Positions 56,776-64,000 of a stretch of 64,000 bases of DNA are shown piece after piece. The stretch's first letter is position 1. Every line of letters begins with the position of its first letter. Source of the stretch: Leucoraja ocellata (lineage: Eukaryota); contig JAWMAR010000421.1 in NCBI GenBank assembly GCA_036785375.1, forward strand, positions 620,001 through 684,000, given 5' to 3'. The notes under the pieces were generated by a model. It ran no database searches. It worked only from the letters and a program-made list of their open reading frames with translations, and was not told where the DNA came from. A program made the position numbers and the translations under genes.

Positions 56776-59072
56776 GCCGCGAGCGCTAAGGTGCAGGTGG
56801 AGGAAGTCATGACTATGACTTCCACAGCTGTGTTAGTTTTCCAGCATTTGGCCCCTGGCCCAGGAACTTATCACACAGATCCCCTCTACATCAATACTTT
56901 ATTTTAAACAAATATTATCTATAGCTACTATGGGAAATATAGGTTATTGCAGAATACCATATCTATATTCATCATAATTTCATACACTTTTAATATGTCC
57001 CCTCTTAAGCCACTCCACTTTAGGGAAAACAGACCCAGCTTCAAATTAAGGGAAGTGGTGATGGAAAAGGTGTACGGGAGAGGAGAGGCGAAAGAAAGGT
57101 TATGGGGTACGAGAAGCTGGGGAGTATTGGAATGAGATGCTAATAGGGAGGGATATGCAGGGAGGAGTATGTGAACTTTGTGGGATGTAGAGAAGGGGTG
57201 TGCATAATGGTAGGGGACAAAGTTGCAGGAAGGGAAGGGATTGTGGAGGAGACATGGAATGGAGATGGAAAGAGGGGAAGTGGTGTGGTGGAAAAGAGGT
57301 GGGAAGGAATTGTGGGGAGAGGAAGGGTGTGTGCAGGGGGTATGGAGAGGGGAGGGTGCTTTGGTGAGCTGAAACCCAAGCCATGATTGTGAGGATCACA
57401 GTAATGGGTTTTGGTTGTCTAACATGGTAAAGTCAATCCCATCCCTTCAGGGTCTGATTCATGTTAAATTCTGTGTTGTATTGTGTTCTTTTTACCCGTA
57501 TGGCTGTATGGCAACTCAAATCTCACTGTACCAATTGGTGCATGTGGCAATAAATGTAACCGGAACTAGATTGCAGTTATTGCTCAGATATAGGTGCACC
57601 ATCAGAATCATTCTTGTAATTTGCCCGAGCCCTCCATCATCATCCTTGAGGTGTCCCATGTCCCATGGCGGCAGATCAGTGTGATATAGGTGCAAGGGCC
57701 TCAACATTGCCTCCGGGTCCCCGGTCTCATGACATCATGAGAAACATAACAAAGGAAACCTTCTAGTTACCACCCACCATTCATCATTCCCTCTCAATTG
57801 CTTAATGAGGGCTCCTCCATGTTGAACAACAAGATTTAGCTCTTAGGGCGAAGTGAATGAAGAGATATGGGGGGAACAGGGTACTGATTTTGGATGATTA
57901 GCCATGATCATATTGAATGGTGATGCTGGCACAAAGGGCCGAATGGCCTACTCCTGCATCTACTTTCTATGTTTCTAAAGCAGTACTGAAACTAGCAAAA
58001 GTACAGAATGTTGAACCTCTAGGGACTGTCCACCCCCAGCAGGATTTTGTAGCACCATCCCAGACTAAACTGGCAGAAGCATGAAGGACGGAGTAGTCAG
58101 AATGAGTCGATAGCAGATGGTGATGATCCAACCTAGCTTTGTCCAATCCTGTCTATCTGTAGTAAATACATCTGTCCATGCCCACACTGACAGCTTCAAC
58201 TGACAGACAGGGAGATTTCACACATTTTACAATATTTATTTTACTAACTCCAGAAGGGCAATGAAAGTGGTTGGAGTGTTGGATTTAGGTTGAGTGTCCT
58301 GCAAGGATTCTGGTGCCAGTTTGAACCATTGCTAGCATTATGTACAAGACCAGTGTCCTGGACGTTTAAGGAACAGCAATGGAGACATCTCAGGACTTGT
58401 ATTTTGGAAGATTTGCAGAGCAATACAAGTGGGCCCTACCAGAGCTCTCTACATTTAGATATCAGAATATTTTTGTGTTACCTTTCACCTCCACCCTCAA
58501 TGACCTCCATCGGTTACCTTCCCTCGGTACATCAACTGAATTTACTAAATTTCACCTCTTTTTCTGCTTCTTTGTCCAGTTTGGGTTGAATTTGTTCCGT
58601 TAAACGTTCCTGCCTTCCTCTTTCTGGTAGCCGAGGGTACAGCCCAGCTGCTCTTACCCTCATTCTTATCAGAGACTCCATCTCTCTCTATACCTTCCTC
58701 AAAGTCACAAGCAACTTGCATTTATCATCCATCCCAAATCTTTTTCAAGCTTACTTTTCCAGCACATTGCTCTGCAGATTACATCTCATGTACCATTGTG
58801 GCATCCACACTAAGGTAAACATAAACTCTTTTTTGCAGATGTTACAACAAATTCCATCACAATTACAACTGCATTCTTTAGATATTTAATATTTTTTTAC
58901 AATTCTATTTTCTACTTTATAAAGTCACACTTACAGATTGAAGTATAAAAAATACTTCTACATTTATTCAAAATAAAACACAATAAATCTTTAAGCAGTT
59001 GTGATTCATTTGTCCATGGCTGAACCAGTGATTTGGCAAAAGGTCAAAGGTTACATACTCTGGAATCAATGG

Positions 59073-62096
<3,024 letters not shown>

Positions 62097-64000
62097 CTAA
62101 GGGATAATAACAGTTCAATTATCCTCAAACAATAGCAACAGCGTAATGATGAAATATCATTGCTTAAAATCTGTCATAGAATTACAAGATTATGCAATTC
62201 CTGCCTACAAGATTATTATATTTCGTAAGAGTTTAGGCATAACGGATCGAACCATGGGTTTCATGAAATATAGATGCCTTTGTTTTAGAGGAGTGAGCAC
62301 ACAAACTTTCTCATTCAGTTCTATTTTAAATCACTTGGCCCTTTGTACTACATTTCTTGGTCTTTTGCTTTGCCGACATGCATGCTATTCAGTTGTGATT
62401 ATAGATTTATGTATTATTCATTTTGGGAATTTTGCTATTGCCGGAATAGCCAGCATTTAGTGCCCATATCCCCCTAAGAAAGTGGTGATGTTCGAACTTG
62501 CTGAGTTCTGGAATTCATACCTAGTAAACAAGTAAAGATGGTGATATAGTTCCAAATCAGGATAGTACCCCTGCTGGGGGGGGGAAGCAGCTGAGCCGCT
62601 CCCTGCTCGTCCGCCGAAAACCAGAGACTGGGAGGATGGAGCCGGTGATGACAACAGATGCGACAAGCGAGGTGCAAAGCCGGTGGGAGAGGGAACCGTG
62701 GTCTGGCTCACTGCGTACTCAAGGTCGGCTGCAGGAGGCACCCCCGGGGCATAAAGGTAAGACAGGCGAGGAGAGGGACGTTGGGCCCAAAGAAGGCGAC
62801 AGCTTGGGCCCGCAGCAACTTGCCTGGATTCAGTAACGCTCGAGAATTAGAGTAAGAACTAGAGTGCGGACTGGACTTTGAAAAGGGCGACAAAACATGG
62901 CGCATGATACATGCGGGCTCAGTAGACTATTTCTGTACACTTTGCTAATCAGGGTTGTACTGGCAATACTTTACTTTACTGCATGCAAGAAAAGAATTTC
63001 ACTGTGTATTTGCACGTGACAATAAAAGCAGCATTGAACTCGCGTGGTGGTGTTCCACATGCCTTTTGTCCTCATCCTGCTTGGTGGCCCATGCTGCTGG
63101 TTTGAGGTGTGATTTAGGATACTCTAGGCAAGTAAATGCAGTACTGTGTGCAATTACAGCAGTTGTTCCAGCTTCTCCCTATCAAACAGATGAATACAAC
63201 TTGGCTTGACTTTAATACAATGTTATTTCTATTCATTTGTTTTGGGAAGTAAGCATCACTGGCAAAGCCCAAATTTAGTCTGTCTCCAACTACCCCCAAA
63301 GTGGTGGTGGTGAGTTACCCTTTTAAATCACTGCAGTCCATCTGGTCCAGCACCAACACAAAATACTGGACAGAAGGTTCCCGACCCGAAACACCATCTC
63401 TCCATATTCTCCAGGGATGCTGCCTGACCCACTGGGTTACTGCAGCATTTTTGTGTCTTTCCTTGGTAAACCAGTATGTGCAGTTCCTTGTTTCTACACA
63501 CTTCCAGTGCTGTTGGGAAATCCCAGAAGATAGGCCAGCAATGATAAAGGACAAAACATTTCCTATGCCTGTCTTTCCCCAATCGACATCCATGGTTCCT
63601 TTACCTCACCAGGTTTAAGTCCTGGAGCTCACTCACCAACAGCAGTGTGGGACACCCTCACCTGAAGGACTGCAATGGCTGAAGGCAGCTGTCCATCAAC
63701 CTCTGAATGCTGACTTGCTAATGATGCCCTCTTCCCAAAAGATAAATAAATGAACAAAATAATGACAGCTGAAGCAAAGACTGAGACACAGGGACACAGT
63801 GAACAACCTCTCCTGCGTTCTTTTATTCTAGGATTCTGACCCCATATTCTTTCCAAAGCCGCTTTACTATCTTATCAACCTCTTTCTAGAGTCTGTTTGA
63901 ATCAAATCTTTATTTTCCCAGTTCCAACAATCCATTTCAGGTTAATGTCGATGTTGAACCAATGTTTGACCAGATATGTTGCATTTTACTCTTTTGATTA

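Overview
Vertebrate genomic DNA, most likely an elasmobranch (skate/ray/shark), judged from the dense CR1/HER1-type LINE fragments, a V-SINE and the palindromic Penelope-derived repeats. I reconstructed exons by hand from splice signals and translation. The gene order matches the conserved BLOC1S6-SLC30A4-C15orf48-SPATA5L1(AFG2B) block. The window holds BLOC1S6 (minus, exons 1-4; last exon off the left edge), a complete SLC30A4/ZnT4 (plus, 7 coding exons, 439 aa), and a near-identical direct tandem duplication of about 16 kb (unit A ~36350-52590; unit B ~52600 to beyond 64000). Each unit has an intact C15orf48/NMES1/COXFA4L3 gene encoding the same 85-aa protein. Unit A has AFG2B exons 2-8 but no exon 1; unit B shows exons 6-8. 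The best leads are four. (1) The headless but open AFG2B copy lies directly downstream of the second C15orf48 on the same strand with matching splice phase, so a chimeric transcript is possible. (2) A compact NF-kB/ETS/ISRE/GAS motif cluster lies about 3 kb upstream of each C15orf48, with one kB site in copy A and two in copy B. (3) The C15orf48 3'UTR has no intact miR-147, only a possible decayed trace. (4) AFG2B has a GC-AG intron. Orthologue comparisons are from memory; no searches were run.
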